From NCBI GenBank assembly GCA_963803435.1, contig CAWDML010000001.1, forward strand, positions 3,104,001 through 3,168,000: a stretch of 64,000 nt of DNA, written 5' to 3'. Shown in pieces: positions 1-10,643 of this stretch (within the stretch, counting starts at the first letter, position 1; every line of letters begins with the position of its first letter). This DNA comes from an uncultured delta proteobacterium. Its GTDB lineage: Bacteria; Myxococcota; Kuafuiibacteriia; Kuafuiibacteriales; Kuafuiibacteriaceae. A program made the position numbers and the translations under genes. The notes beneath the pieces were generated by a model. That model was not told the DNA's origin, did no database searches, and worked only from the letters and a program-made list of their open reading frames with translations.

Positions 1-1916
1 CGCGGCTGCTCGACGACCCCATGGTCCTCCAGATGTTCATCGAGGAGGCACGGATCGCGGCCGCCGCCGATCACGACAACATCGCCAAGGTGTTCGAGCT
101 CGGGCGCGCCGAGGACGGCCGGTACTTCATCGTCATGGAGTTCCTCGCGGGGATCGATCTGGAGATGCTCCTGCGTGCCAGCGCGCAACGCAGCTTGCGG
201 GTGCCGATCTGGTTCTCCGTCAAGGTGGTGAGCGAGGTCCTGGAGGCGCTCTCATACGTGCACTCGCTCGTGGACGACGACGGCCAGCCCCGCAACGTGA
301 TCCACCGCGACGTCACGCCCTCGAACATCTTCCTCACGTTCCTCGGGCGGGTGAAGCTCTCGGACTTCGGCATCGCGGACTTCGCCGGCAAGGCGCCCAC
401 CACGATCGCGGGCCAGCTGAAGGGCAAGCTCGCGTACATGTCGCCGGAGCAGCTCAACGCTCGGACCCTGGACCTGCGCTCCGATCTCTTCACCGCCGGG
501 GTCGTGCTCTGGGAGGCGCTCACGCAGCAGCGGCTCTTCGGACAGCTCAACGAGATGCAGGCGATGCTCGCGATCTGCGACGACACCCGCAAGCCGCCGA
601 GCGCCCTCGAGCCCGAGGTCCCGCCCGAGCTCGACATGGTCGCCCTCAAGGCGCTCGCCGCGGATCGCGACCAGCGCTATCACAACGCCACCGAGTTCCA
701 GTCGGACCTGCTCGACTGCCTCCACAAGATTCGGGGCCCGGTCCGCACCTCCGACATGCGGCGCGTGGTCCAGGTCCTGCTCGGGCGCGAGGAGCCGGAC
801 CACGAGACGATGGCGAAGCCGATGACGCCCGCCCGGGCGCGCGAGGCGAATGCCAGCTTCCTCCTCAAGCTCGACCAGAGCGAGCGCAAGAAGCTGAAGG
901 CGGAGCACTCGGCGGCCCTCTTGGCGGAGCAGGGCGACGTCCCCGACGACCTGGCCGAGACCAACCAGCGCGGGTTCCCGGCGGTGGAGGTGGAGGACGC
1001 CACGCTGCCGATGCACGCGATCGATCTCTCGCGCGAGTACTGGGTGCGCTCGCCGGGCTGCGCCGCGCTGGGCCCGATGCCCTACCAGGCGGCCCGGGTT
1101 CGGCTCGCCGAGGCAGGGATGGAGGGCGCGCCGATCTCCATCTCGGCGGACCGCCGGCACTGGCTGAGCCTCGAGCAGTTCTCGCGGTTCTCGGGACAGG
1201 ATCTGGTGATGGACCTGGCGGCGCCGGGGAACAACCTGACGCTGATCGGGACGCTGGAGCAGCGGAGCATGGCGGCCGTGTTCGGACTGATCGCGCGGGA
1301 CAGCGCCAGCGGCACGCTCTCGATCGCGAACACCGACGTCGAGGAGTGGTACGAGATCCGGATCGCCAACGGGCAGCCGCTGCTGGTGATCACGAACGTG
1401 CCCTCGATGCAGCTCCCGGCGCTCCTCGTCTCCAAGAAGCTGATGGGAGCCGGCGAGGTCGACCGCTGGCTCCACGAGCTGGTGAGGTCGGGCCAGCCGG
1501 AGCCCGTGCCGCTCGATCGCGACGCCTTCATGCGCGAGCGGATGAGGGAGCTCTTCCGCTGGAGCAAGGCGGAGTACTCGTTCAACATCGATCCCCTGGG
1601 GGCGGCCGAGCCCCCGTTCGCGCCCTCGCTGCTGGCGCTGCTGCCGCCGCTGATCGAGGCCGCCTGCTCGACGGACGAGCTCAAGAAGCGGCTGGGCGGC
1701 CTCCTGGAGAAAGGGCTCGAGCCCTCCTGGCGCTTCGCCGACGCGCTGGACGAGATGGCGCTTCCGCTCGGCGACCGCGGGTTGGTGGAGCGGCTGAAGA
1801 GCCGGCGGCCGCTCGCGACCTTGGTCGGTGAGCAACCGGCGCTGGCCAAGCGGATCCTCACGTTCGCGTATCTGATGACGGAGGCGGATCTGCTCCTCGA
1901 GGCGCTCGAGGACTGA
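1..1916 (+). CDS. Ser/Thr protein kinase (Hanks type) with C-terminal DUF4388-like domain, 5'-truncated by window edge
   Basis: HRDVTPSN catalytic loop, DFG, GKLAYMSPEQ. The frame is open upstream of 21 (RLLDDPM). C-terminal 'GTLEQRSMAAVF...SGTLSI...ELFRWSKAEYSF' resembles DUF4388. Confidence 0.9.
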   Translation, partial: RLLDDPMVLQMFIEEARIAAAADHDNIAKVFELGRAEDGRYFIVMEFLAGIDLEMLLRASAQRSLRVPIWFSVKVVSEVLEALSYVHSLVDDDGQPRNVIHRDVTPSNIFLTFLGRVKLSDFGIADFAGKAPTTIAGQLKGKLAYMSPEQLNARTLDLRSDLFTAGVVLWEALTQQRLFGQLNEMQAMLAICDDTRKPPSALEPEVPPELDMVALKALAADRDQRYHNATEFQSDLLDCLHKIRGPVRTSDMRRVVQVLLGREEPDHETMAKPMTPARAREANASFLLKLDQSERKKLKAEHSAALLAEQGDVPDDLAETNQRGFPAVEVEDATLPMHAIDLSREYWVRSPGCAALGPMPYQAARVRLAEAGMEGAPISISADRRHWLSLEQFSRFSGQDLVMDLAAPGNNLTLIGTLEQRSMAAVFGLIARDSASGTLSIANTDVEEWYEIRIANGQPLLVITNVPSMQLPALLVSKKLMGAGEVDRWLHELVRSGQPEPVPLDRDAFMRERMRELFRWSKAEYSFNIDPLGAAEPPFAPSLLALLPPLIEAACSTDELKKRLGGLLEKGLEPSWRFADALDEMALPLGDRGLVERLKSRRPLATLVGEQPALAKRILTFAYLMTEADLLLEALED

Positions 1917-1926
1917 GAGCCGTTCC

Positions 1927-3057
1927 TCAGCGCTGGAGCAGCACGAAGCCGACCACCCCCGCCGCCGCCAGCAGCATCAGGATCCCCGCGATCAGCGCGC
2001 GGCTGGTACGTGGGGGCGCAGCCGGGGCCTCGGGCTCGAGCGTCTCCGGCTCGGCGGGAAAGATCGCGTCCCGGAGCGTGGGGCCGAGCGTTACAGACTC
2101 CGTCACGGCGTCCGAGTCTCCGACCTGCTCCGGCACGTCCTCGATCAGAGCGCTGCGCATCGCGATCGCGAACTCCTCGGCGCTGTCGTAGCGCGCCTCC
2201 GGCTTGATCGACATGGCTCGGTGCAGGACCTCGTCGACCAGCGGTGACAGGCCCTCGCGCTCGAACAGGGCGGAGGGACGCCCCTCCCTGGCGATGCGTC
2301 GCAGTACGGCCACGTGGCTGTTGATCGATCCGGTCGGCACGACCTTGTGGAACGGCAGCGGCGCGCCGTCCTCTCCGCGGGCCCACGCGCGCCTGAGCGT
2401 GATCAGCTCGAAGAGGATCGATCCCAGCGAGAAGATGTCGGCGCGATGCGTGAGCTCGAGGCCGAGGACCTGCTCGGGCGAGATGTAGAGGATCGATCCG
2501 AGCACGCGTCCGACGGTGGTGGGATCGATCTCGCTCCCGACCAGCATCTTCGCGATCCCGAAGTCGAGCACCTTCACGAAAGGCCGCTGCCCGCGGCGGT
2601 TGACCATCACGTTCTTCGGCTTGAGATCGCGGTGCACGATCCCGTTCCGATGGGCATAGTCGATCGCGGAGCAGAGCTGATCGCAGATCCAGGCGATGCC
2701 CTCCGGAGGCACGGGGCTGTCGTCCCGGGAGTTGCCGGCGAACTTCACGTCGAGCGTCTCCCCGTCGATGAACTCCATGCTGAGATAGACGTCCTCCCCG
2801 GAGGCGTCCCAGGCGAGCGGCTTGCAGATGTTGGGGTGGTCGAGCTTCTCCAGGATCTTCGCCTCCTGGACGAAGCGAGCCAGCATCTTCCTGTCCTGTC
2901 GAAACTTGTCGAAGAGGATCTTGATCGCGACCGGCGCGCGCTCCTGCTCGAGATCCACCGCCTTCCAGACCGCGCCAAAGGCGCCCTTCCCGAGGGGAGC
3001 GGAGAGCTCGAAGCGATCGCCGATGACCTCGCCCTTCTGGAAAAGGCGGTCCGCCAT
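1927..3057 (-). CDS. Membrane-anchored Ser/Thr protein kinase
   Basis: GKGAFG Gly loop, VAIK, HRDLKPKN, DFG, YISPEQ; C-terminal TM helix ALIAGILMLLAAAGVVGFVLL. Confidence 0.93.
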   Translation of the reverse strand: MADRLFQKGEVIGDRFELSAPLGKGAFGAVWKAVDLEQERAPVAIKILFDKFRQDRKMLARFVQEAKILEKLDHPNICKPLAWDASGEDVYLSMEFIDGETLDVKFAGNSRDDSPVPPEGIAWICDQLCSAIDYAHRNGIVHRDLKPKNVMVNRRGQRPFVKVLDFGIAKMLVGSEIDPTTVGRVLGSILYISPEQVLGLELTHRADIFSLGSILFELITLRRAWARGEDGAPLPFHKVVPTGSINSHVAVLRRIAREGRPSALFEREGLSPLVDEVLHRAMSIKPEARYDSAEEFAIAMRSALIEDVPEQVGDSDAVTESVTLGPTLRDAIFPAEPETLEPEAPAAPPRTSRALIAGILMLLAAAGVVGFVLLQR

Positions 3058-3107
3058 CGGGCGGCACTCTACATCGCTCGGACCAAAGCGGGTACAGTCG
3101 CAGGGAG

Positions 3108-3827
3108 ATGGCGCACATCAGGCTGGGCGAGCTGTTGGTCCGAGCGGGTCACCTGACCGAGGACGACCTCGCGCGCGCGCTCCAGGAGCAGAAGCGATGG
3201 GGCGGCCGCCTGGGGAGGATCCTGCGCGAGATGAACCTGGTGACGGAGGAGATCCTCCTCAAGGCGCTCACCAAGCAGCTCGGCCTGCCCCGCGCCGATC
3301 TGCGCGCGCCGGTGATTCCCGCAGCCGTCCTTGCGAGCATCGACGCGGGGTTCGCGATGGAGCACCACCTCTGTCCGGAGCGCTTCGACGCGCAGGCGCG
3401 CACGCTCCAGATCGCGATGGAGGATCACCTGAACCTCCCCGCGCTCGACGAGATCGGCGCGAAGACCGGCGCGCGCATCAAGACCAGCCTCGCCACGGGC
3501 GCCGAGATCGACGCCGGGCTGGCCCTCCTCTATCCCGGGCACCCCGCCGTAGGACCGATCCGGAGCGAGGACGGCGAAGCGCCGGCGCGTGGGAGCGTAG
3601 TGATGTTCGAGACCAAGGACTTCTCCAAGGCCGCGGCCGAGGCACGGGAGCTCTCGACCGGGCTGAAGAAGGGGAACCTGCGCACGCTCGACACCGGCGA
3701 CTTCTCGGAGGCAGCCGGCCAGCTGAAACACGAGACGGCGGGGCCCGCTCAGCCCGATCGGATGAAGTACTTCGGCACCGAGGACTTCTCCGATGCCGCC
3801 CGCAAGGTGCGCGACGACGACGACTGA
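3108..3827 (+). CDS. Standalone MshEN / T2SSE_N (GspE N-terminal) domain protein, putative c-di-GMP receptor
   Basis: Tandem RLGxxLxxxGxL...ALxxQ motifs (RLGELLVRAGHL...ALQEQ; RLGRILREMNLV...ALTKQ), followed by T2SSE_N 'LQIAMEDHLNLPALDEI'. No ATPase domain. Confidence 0.85.
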   Translation: MAHIRLGELLVRAGHLTEDDLARALQEQKRWGGRLGRILREMNLVTEEILLKALTKQLGLPRADLRAPVIPAAVLASIDAGFAMEHHLCPERFDAQARTLQIAMEDHLNLPALDEIGAKTGARIKTSLATGAEIDAGLALLYPGHPAVGPIRSEDGEAPARGSVVMFETKDFSKAAAEARELSTGLKKGNLRTLDTGDFSEAAGQLKHETAGPAQPDRMKYFGTEDFSDAARKVRDDDD

Positions 3828-3834
3828 GCCCGCG

Positions 3835-4287
3835 TCACTCGTCCTTTTGCTCCATCTCCTCGAGGCGCTGGATCTGATCCGCGCTGACCTCCTTCTTCCG
3901 CCGCCGTCGTTCGATGATCCACGCGACCAGCCCGATCCCGACCAGCGCCGGCGACGTCCAGGCCGCGAACCTCAGCCACTTCGGATAGACGCGCATGCCG
4001 TGATCGGGGAGACCGATGTCCCGCTGCAGCTTCTCGATCTTCGGCACCTCGGCGAGAAGCGCGCGCATGGCCGTCGGATCGAGCGCCTCCTCCGGGGCGA
4101 TCTCGATCGCCTCGACCTCGGCGCGGAGCGCACGCGCCAGCGCCTCCACGTCCGCCTTGCCCTGGGATCGCGCCTCACGGGTGACCAGCGCGAGCCGCAC
4201 GATGAGGCGATAACGCAGCGCTTCCGCGTCCCTTTTGGCCAGATCTCGGTCCACGAGCAGAGCGGAGATTATGCCAGAGGAGCGCAC
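3835..4287 (-). CDS. Hypothetical protein with C-terminal TM helix
   Basis: 150-aa ORF fills the gap; hydrophobic [19 protein letters not shown] followed by RRRRKK. Start uncertain. Confidence 0.55.
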   Translation of the reverse strand: MRSSGIISALLVDRDLAKRDAEALRYRLIVRLALVTREARSQGKADVEALARALRAEVEAIEIAPEEALDPTAMRALLAEVPKIEKLQRDIGLPDHGMRVYPKWLRFAAWTSPALVGIGLVAWIIERRRRKKEVSADQIQRLEEMEQKDE

Positions 4288-4328
4288 GTTTGACTCTCAC
4301 CCAGGACAGGCGGATCGTCCGGAGCCCG

Positions 4329-5846
4329 ATGAATCCCTTCCGTGCAGACATGCCCGACGACCGCACGCCGTCGCCCGCCACCATCGTGATCTTCGGCGCC
4401 AGCGGCGACCTCACCAAGCGCAAGCTGATGCCTGCGCTGTACAACCTGGCGGTCGAGCGACACCTCTCCCGCATCGCGATCGTCGGAACGTCGCGGTCCG
4501 AGATCACCGACGAGGCCTTCCGCGCGAGCATGCGCGAGGGCGTGGAGAAGTACTCCCGACAGCGGCCGATCGATCGCGACCTCTGGGGCTCCATGGAGCC
4601 GGCCATCTACTACCAGTCGGGTGGGTTCGACGATCCGCAAGCGTTCTTGCGCTTGCGCGCGCGCCTGGAGCAGCTGGAGAAGCACCACGGCCTCCCCGGA
4701 AACCGCCTCTTCTATCTCTCCACGCCGCCCTCGGTCTTCGCGCCGATCATCCGCAATCTCGGCGAGGCCGGGCTGGTCCCGAAGGGCGAGGATCCGTTCG
4801 CCCGCGTGATCATCGAGAAGCCCTTCGGCACCGACCTCGAGAGCGCGCAGTCGCTGAACCGCGAGGTGCGCGCCGTCCTCGAGGAGGAGCAGATCTATCG
4901 CATCGATCACTATCTGGGGAAGGAGACCGTCCAGAACCTGTTGGTGTTCCGCTTCGCGAACGGGATCTTCGAGCCGCTGTGGAACAACAAGTACGTCGAC
5001 CACGTGCAGATCACGGGCGCCGAGACGCTCGGGGTCGAACGGCGCGGCGGCTACTTCGACAAGGCCGGCATCCTCCGCGACATGGTGCAGAACCACCTCT
5101 TCCAGGTGCTGTCGCTGGCGGCCATGGAGCCGCCGAGCTCGTTCGACGCCAACGCGGTTCGCGACGAGAAGGTGAAGGTGCTGAAGGCGCTCCGCCCGAT
5201 TACGCCGGAGGATCTCGATCGCAGGGTCGTGCGCGCGCAGTACACGGCGGGAAGCGTGCTGGGGACGCAGGTGCCCGGCTATCTCGAGGAGGAGGGCGTC
5301 GACAGGAGCTCCAAGACCGAGACGTTCGTGGCGCTCGAGCTGTTCGTCGACAACTGGCGCTGGGCCGGCGTGCCCTTCTATCTGCGGAGCGCCAAGCGGA
5401 TGCCGAAGCGCGTCACCGAGATCGCGATCCACTTCAAGAGCGCGCCCTATCGCTTGTTCCGCCAGAACCAGGTGGCCGACATCGGGAGCAACGTGCTCGC
5501 CGTGCGGATCCAGCCGGACGAAGGCATCACCTTGAGCATCGGCTCGAAGGTACCCGGGCCGTCGATCGAGATCGCGCCGGTGACGATGGAGTTCCGCTAC
5601 GCCTCCAGCTTCGGCGTGGAGGCGCCCGAGGCCTACGAGCGGCTGCTGCTGGACGCGCTCAACGGCGACGGGACGCTCTTCACCCGCGGCGACGAGGTGG
5701 AGGCGAGCTGGAGGTTCATCACCCCGATCCACCGGGCGTGGGCCGCGAGCAAGGCGAAGCCGGTCGGCTACGAGGCGGGCAGCTGGGGCCCCGAGGCGGC
5801 GTTCGAGCTCCTGAAGCGGAGCGGGCGGATGTGGAGGAAGCCGTGA
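4329..5846 (+). CDS. zwf: Glucose-6-phosphate 1-dehydrogenase
   Basis: [41 protein letters not shown] motifs. ATG 4329 chosen; TTG 4290 is an alternative start. Confidence 0.97.
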   Translation: MNPFRADMPDDRTPSPATIVIFGASGDLTKRKLMPALYNLAVERHLSRIAIVGTSRSEITDEAFRASMREGVEKYSRQRPIDRDLWGSMEPAIYYQSGGFDDPQAFLRLRARLEQLEKHHGLPGNRLFYLSTPPSVFAPIIRNLGEAGLVPKGEDPFARVIIEKPFGTDLESAQSLNREVRAVLEEEQIYRIDHYLGKETVQNLLVFRFANGIFEPLWNNKYVDHVQITGAETLGVERRGGYFDKAGILRDMVQNHLFQVLSLAAMEPPSSFDANAVRDEKVKVLKALRPITPEDLDRRVVRAQYTAGSVLGTQVPGYLEEEGVDRSSKTETFVALELFVDNWRWAGVPFYLRSAKRMPKRVTEIAIHFKSAPYRLFRQNQVADIGSNVLAVRIQPDEGITLSIGSKVPGPSIEIAPVTMEFRYASSFGVEAPEAYERLLLDALNGDGTLFTRGDEVEASWRFITPIHRAWAASKAKPVGYEAGSWGPEAAFELLKRSGRMWRKP

Positions 5847-6934
5847 ACGTAGAGAACGAGCTCGAGCGATTCTCCGCGGGCGAGAGCTTCGCGGTGAATC
5901 CGGACGCGATCGAGCGCGAGCTGGCGTCGCTGTGGCGCGAGGCCGGCAAGACGACGGACGGCAAGAACCCTGTCACGCGCGCGTGCCTCTGGAACGTGGC
6001 CTTCCACCTGGAGGAGCGCCCGGCGCGGGACGGCTTCGGACATGCCGACCACCTCCTCGAGCTGGTGAACGAGCTGCCGAAACACCTGGCGGCGCGGGCG
6101 CTGGTCCTGCGCACGCTGCCCGACGGCGGCAAGCCGGAGCTGGAGAGCTGGATCTCCGCCAACTGCATCCTGGCGGAGGGCGGCAGCAAGCTGGTCTGCA
6201 GCGAGGAGATCACGTTTGCGGCGCACGGCCCGGCGGACCGCCACCTGCCCGGGCTGGTGCGGGCGTTGCTCGTGCCGGCGGTACCCACCGCGGCGGTGTT
6301 CGCAGGTGCGCCACCGTCGAGCTCGACGTCGGCGATGGCGGCAGTGGCGAAGCAGGCGGATCGGATCATCACCGACGTCGATCGATCGATCGCCGAACGT
6401 CCGCTGGCCGCAGTGCGCGATGCGATCGATCGGGCGCCGCTGATGGCGATGGACCTGGGCTGGCTGGCGAACGGGTCGCTCCGCGCGGTGATCGCCGAGT
6501 TGTTCGATGCACCGCTGACGCTGGAGTCGATCGGCGGGATCGCGCGCGTGCGCTACCTGGCACCGGCAACGCGACGCTGGTCGAGCCTGACGATGCTGGG
6601 ATGGATCGCGGCGGCGCTGGGCGTGACGTCCGGCCCGGCCCAGGGTGGCTCGAGCTGGTCGTTGCCGGTGAGCAGCGGCGGCGAGCTCGCGCTGAGCTTC
6701 GAGGTGGCGGACACCGTGGGCCCGAGGATCGAATTCTATGCGCGCGGCCGCAGCGCGCCGATCGTCGTCGACGCGGTGGCGCCCAAGGTGGTGGAGGTGC
6801 CGACCCCGGCAGGAAGCGTGGCGCGGAAGTCGATCCAGCATCCGGAGGGCGCGGCGCTCCTGGCGCGCGCGCTCGCCACGCGCTCGGATGATCAGGGCTT
6901 CGCGGGCGCCATGTTCATCGCAGGTGACCTATGA
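5843..6934 (+). CDS. opcA: G6PD assembly/allosteric effector OpcA
   Basis: GTG overlaps the zwf stop (GTGA). '[10 protein letters not shown]', 'RACLWNV', 'WISANC', 'LVCSEEI', 'DLGW' are typical of OpcA, and it sits between zwf and pgl. Confidence 0.85.
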   Translation: MNVENELERFSAGESFAVNPDAIERELASLWREAGKTTDGKNPVTRACLWNVAFHLEERPARDGFGHADHLLELVNELPKHLAARALVLRTLPDGGKPELESWISANCILAEGGSKLVCSEEITFAAHGPADRHLPGLVRALLVPAVPTAAVFAGAPPSSSTSAMAAVAKQADRIITDVDRSIAERPLAAVRDAIDRAPLMAMDLGWLANGSLRAVIAELFDAPLTLESIGGIARVRYLAPATRRWSSLTMLGWIAAALGVTSGPAQGGSSWSLPVSSGGELALSFEVADTVGPRIEFYARGRSAPIVVDAVAPKVVEVPTPAGSVARKSIQHPEGAALLARALATRSDDQGFAGAMFIAGDL

Positions 6935-7668
6935 AGCGGTCGAGGGTCCTCGAGATCCTGCCCGACGAGCAGGCCGTGGGAATGCGCGCCGCCGAGCTCA
7001 CGCGCGACCTGGCCGGAGAGCTGATCGCGGAGCACGGCCGCTTCATGCTGGCGCTGTCAGGCGGATCGACGCCCAAGATCTTTCATCGCGCGCTGACCCG
7101 GATGAAGGACGCGCTCGACTGGAGCAAGATCCACATCTTCTACTCGGACGAGCGCGCGGTCCCGCCCGGGGACGAGCACAGCAATCATCGGATGGCGAAG
7201 GAGACGCTGATCGATCAGGTCCCGATCCCGGCGGCGAACGTGCACCGGATCGTAGCTGACGACGGCGACGCCGCGGGCGCTGCCCGCGCGTACGAGAAGG
7301 AGCTCCTGGCGATCGCACCGGACGGCGCGATCGATCTGGTCTTCCTGGGGATGGGGGGCGACGGACACACCGCGAGCCTGTTTCCAGGGCGGGAGCCGAA
7401 GAAGGATGGCTTGGTGGTGGCCACAACGGCGCCGCCGGAGAGCCCGATCGCGCAGCGCGTGACGTTTTCCCACCGCGCGCTCGAGCGGGCGCGCACGGTC
7501 ATCGTGTTGGTGACCGGCGCGAGCAAAGCGGAGCGCCTGGCCGAAATCCTGGGTGACCGAGCGGTCGATCTTCCGCTCCGGAAGGTCCTCGACGCCCGGG
7601 ACTCGGACACGCTCCTGTTGGTCGACGAGGCAGCAGCTTCGAAGCTGGAGGATTCAAATCGTGGTTGA
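6931..7668 (+). CDS. pgl: 6-phosphogluconolactonase
   Basis: ALSGGSTP, DERAVP, SNHRMAKETL, LGMGGDGHTASLFP. Confidence 0.96.
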   Translation: MKRSRVLEILPDEQAVGMRAAELTRDLAGELIAEHGRFMLALSGGSTPKIFHRALTRMKDALDWSKIHIFYSDERAVPPGDEHSNHRMAKETLIDQVPIPAANVHRIVADDGDAAGAARAYEKELLAIAPDGAIDLVFLGMGGDGHTASLFPGREPKKDGLVVATTAPPESPIAQRVTFSHRALERARTVIVLVTGASKAERLAEILGDRAVDLPLRKVLDARDSDTLLLVDEAAASKLEDSNRG

Positions 7669-9073
7669 GAAGGCGGAATTCGGAGTCATCGGTCTGGGCG
7701 TGATGGGGGCGAACCTCGCGCAGAACATCGAAGAGAAGGGGTTCAGCGTCGCCCTGTTCAACCGAAGTCGTGACAAGACCGAAGAGCTGCTCGCTGCGAC
7801 CAAGGGAAAGCGGTTCGTCGGCGCCTACTCCCTCGAGGAGCTGGCGAAGAAGCTCGAGACGCCGCGGCGGATCCTCATCATGGTGAAGGCCGGCGCGCCG
7901 GTCGACAGCACCATCGAGGGGCTGCTCCCCCACCTCGCCAAGGGCGACGTCGTGATCGACGGCGGCAACGAGTTCTACACGAACACCGAGCGCCGCAACG
8001 ACAAGCTGACCGCGCTGGGGATCGACTTCATCGGCATGGGCGTCAGCGGCGGCGAAGAGGGCGCACGCCACGGCCCCAGCCTCATGCCCGGCGGCGCGAA
8101 GGCCGCGTACCAGAAGATCGAGCCCATCGTCACGAAGATCGCCGCGCAGGTCGAGGACGGCCCCTGCGTCACGTACATCGGCGCCGGCGGCGCCGGACAC
8201 TACGTGAAGATGGTGCACAACGGGATCGAGTACGGCGACATGCAGCTCATCGCCGAGACCTACGACGTCCTCAAGCACGTCGGCGGCCTCTCCAACGCCG
8301 AGCTGGCCGACGTCTTCACGGAGTGGAACAAGAGCGAGCTCGAGAGCTTCCTCATCGAGATCACGTCGAAGATCTTCCGCAAGAAGGATCCCGAGACCGG
8401 CGGTGAGCTGGTCGACTCGATCGTCGACGCCACGGCGATGAAGGGCACCGGCACCTGGACCGTGAAGGAGGGCGCCGACACCCTCTCTCCGCTCCCGACC
8501 ATCGCCAGCGCCGTCGACGCCCGCGTCATGAGCTCCCAGCGCGACCTCCGCCTCCGCGGCGCCGAGATCCTCCAGGGCCCCTCGCCCAAGGTGGACCCCG
8601 CCGCCAAGAAGCAGGTCATCGCCGACGCCCGCGCCGCCCTCTACGCCGCCAAGGCCTGCAGCTACGCCCAGGGCCTCGGCCTCCTCGCCAAGGCCTCCGC
8701 GACCCACAAGTGGGACCTGAAGCTCGGCGAGATCGCCCGCATCTGGAAGGGCGGCTGCATCATCCGCGCGGCCTTCCTCGGTCGCATCCAGAAGGCCTAC
8801 GGCAAGAGCGCCGGCCTCGAGAACCTCCTCTTCGACGCGGACTTCAAGAAGGAGCTCGGCGCCCGCCAGGAAGGCTGGCGCCGCTTCGTCTGCCGTGCGA
8901 TCGAGAGCGGGATCTCAGTGCCCACCACCACGGCGTCGCTGTCATACTACGACAGCCTCCGCCGCAAGCGGCTCCCGGCGAACCTCACGCAGGCCCAGCG
9001 CGACTTCTTCGGCGCGCACACGTACCAGCGCCTCGATCGGGAGGGGACGTTCCACACCGAGTGGGAGAGCTGA
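7661..9073 (+). CDS. gndA: NADP-dependent 6-phosphogluconate dehydrogenase
   Basis: GLGVMGANLA, GVSGGEEGA, KMVHNGIEYGDMQ, IWKGGCIIR, QAQRDFFGAHTY; GTG start overlaps the end of pgl. Confidence 0.97.
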   Translation: MVEKAEFGVIGLGVMGANLAQNIEEKGFSVALFNRSRDKTEELLAATKGKRFVGAYSLEELAKKLETPRRILIMVKAGAPVDSTIEGLLPHLAKGDVVIDGGNEFYTNTERRNDKLTALGIDFIGMGVSGGEEGARHGPSLMPGGAKAAYQKIEPIVTKIAAQVEDGPCVTYIGAGGAGHYVKMVHNGIEYGDMQLIAETYDVLKHVGGLSNAELADVFTEWNKSELESFLIEITSKIFRKKDPETGGELVDSIVDATAMKGTGTWTVKEGADTLSPLPTIASAVDARVMSSQRDLRLRGAEILQGPSPKVDPAAKKQVIADARAALYAAKACSYAQGLGLLAKASATHKWDLKLGEIARIWKGGCIIRAAFLGRIQKAYGKSAGLENLLFDADFKKELGARQEGWRRFVCRAIESGISVPTTTASLSYYDSLRRKRLPANLTQAQRDFFGAHTYQRLDREGTFHTEWES

Positions 9074-9375
9074 GCTGATCGGATCGTGGTGCGTTGCGCC
9101 GAGGTGGCGCGCTCCGGCTCCCGGCGACCTGAGGTGGTGCCAGCCGGTCAAGAGGACGCAGCGCGTGTTGCTCGCTCGACCCATCGCTGGTTCGTTCGGA
9201 GCTGTCGGGTAGGAATCGAACACCTGTCCTTTAGGCCAGTCGATCGCCGCGGAGAAGATTGGCCCGCAGGCTAGCACCTTTTCCGACTCCGACGTCATTG
9301 GGCTCTTTGAGCGCCGCTCCGTTCACCTTTACGGGCGGTTCGAATGCGTGGTCCTCTGATCGCGGAGGATGAAAA

Positions 9376-10515
9376 ATGAGCCTGGGCGAACGGCTGAAAT
9401 CACTGGCGCAGCGAATCCCGACGACGATACCCCTACTGGAAACCGAGGAGGCGACCAAGAATGCGCTGATTATGCCGTTCATCGCAGCGCTCGGATATGA
9501 CGTCTTCAATCCCATTGAAGTGATCCCCGAGTTCACGGCGGACGTCGGTACGAAGAAGCACGAGAAGGTCGATTACGCGATCAAGCGAGACGGTGAGATC
9601 ATGATGCTCGTCGAAGCCAAGTGCGCTCGAGACGACCTCAACGAGGTTCACGCGAGCCAACTCTACCGCTACTTCTCAGTCACCTCCGCCCGCATCGCCG
9701 TCCTGACAAACGGCGTGGTGTACCAGTTCTACTCGGACCTCGAAGAGCCAAACAAGATGGACGCCAAGCCGTTCTTCGAGGTCGACATGCTCAGCCTCCG
9801 CGATGACGCGATCCAGGAGCTGGAGAAGTTGACCAAGCCGTCATTCGACCTAGAGTCGATGCTCTCCGCGGCGAATGATCTCAAGAATCTGCGAGAGATC
9901 CGACGATTCTTCGAGAAGCAGTTCGAGGCGCCCGATGAAGAGTTCGTCAAGCTCTGCTTCGTGCAAGCCAACCCTACGGGGCGCTTCATGCAGTCCGTCC
10001 GGGAACAGTTCACTGCGCTGGTCAAGCGCGCACTTCACCAGGTCCTGACTGAGCGAATCAGTGCGCGCCTTCGATCCGCTCTCGAAAAGGAGAATGGCGC
10101 GGCGCCCGGTGGCGTCGAACCGACCCAACCGTTGGAGTCCGATCCGCCGGCCGAGGACGATGGGATTGTCACCACCGAAGAGGAGCTCGAGGGCTACCAC
10201 ATCGTTCGCGCGATCGTTTGCAGTGAGCTAGCACCAAGCCGCGTGACCTGGCGCGATGGAAGGACGTACTTCTCCGTCCTCGTCGACAACAACAATCGAA
10301 AGCCGATCTGTCGGCTGTGGTTCAACCGATCGCATAAATACGTCCAGCTCTTCGCCGACGGTAAGAGCCTCGTCAAGGAGCCGATCGAACACCCGACGGA
10401 GCTCTACCGCTTCAGCGAGGCGCTCCGGGCAACCGCTCGAACGTACCTGGAGCCCGGTGCAGCGAGCGTGGACGCCCAGCCGACGCGTCATCTCGTCGCG
10501 ATGCCGGACGCGTGA
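9376..10515 (+). CDS. Type I restriction enzyme R N-terminal (HSDR_N-like) PD-(D/E)xK endonuclease
   Basis: TEEATKNALIMPFI, EVIPEFTADVG, KVDYAI...VEAK, QLYRYF, LTNG; C-terminal NNRKPICRLWF. RBS GGAGG upstream; more A/T-ending codons than its neighbours. Confidence 0.85.
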   Translation: MSLGERLKSLAQRIPTTIPLLETEEATKNALIMPFIAALGYDVFNPIEVIPEFTADVGTKKHEKVDYAIKRDGEIMMLVEAKCARDDLNEVHASQLYRYFSVTSARIAVLTNGVVYQFYSDLEEPNKMDAKPFFEVDMLSLRDDAIQELEKLTKPSFDLESMLSAANDLKNLREIRRFFEKQFEAPDEEFVKLCFVQANPTGRFMQSVREQFTALVKRALHQVLTERISARLRSALEKENGAAPGGVEPTQPLESDPPAEDDGIVTTEEELEGYHIVRAIVCSELAPSRVTWRDGRTYFSVLVDNNNRKPICRLWFNRSHKYVQLFADGKSLVKEPIEHPTELYRFSEALRATARTYLEPGAASVDAQPTRHLVAMPDA

Positions 10516-10643
10516 GCCGACTCCGCGTTCAGCGTCGGCAAGCCTGACGAAAGAACGGCCGATGCTTCGACCCATCAAATCGCGAGGTGCCGCACGCGGC
10601 CTCTGGCATGAGGAGAGCGATCGCGACGCGGTGCACGTGGATC

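Noticed and set aside
9198-9229. Functional tRNA or tmRNA gene
   Set aside because: Only a degenerate T-arm-like fragment; no cloverleaf or CCA end.
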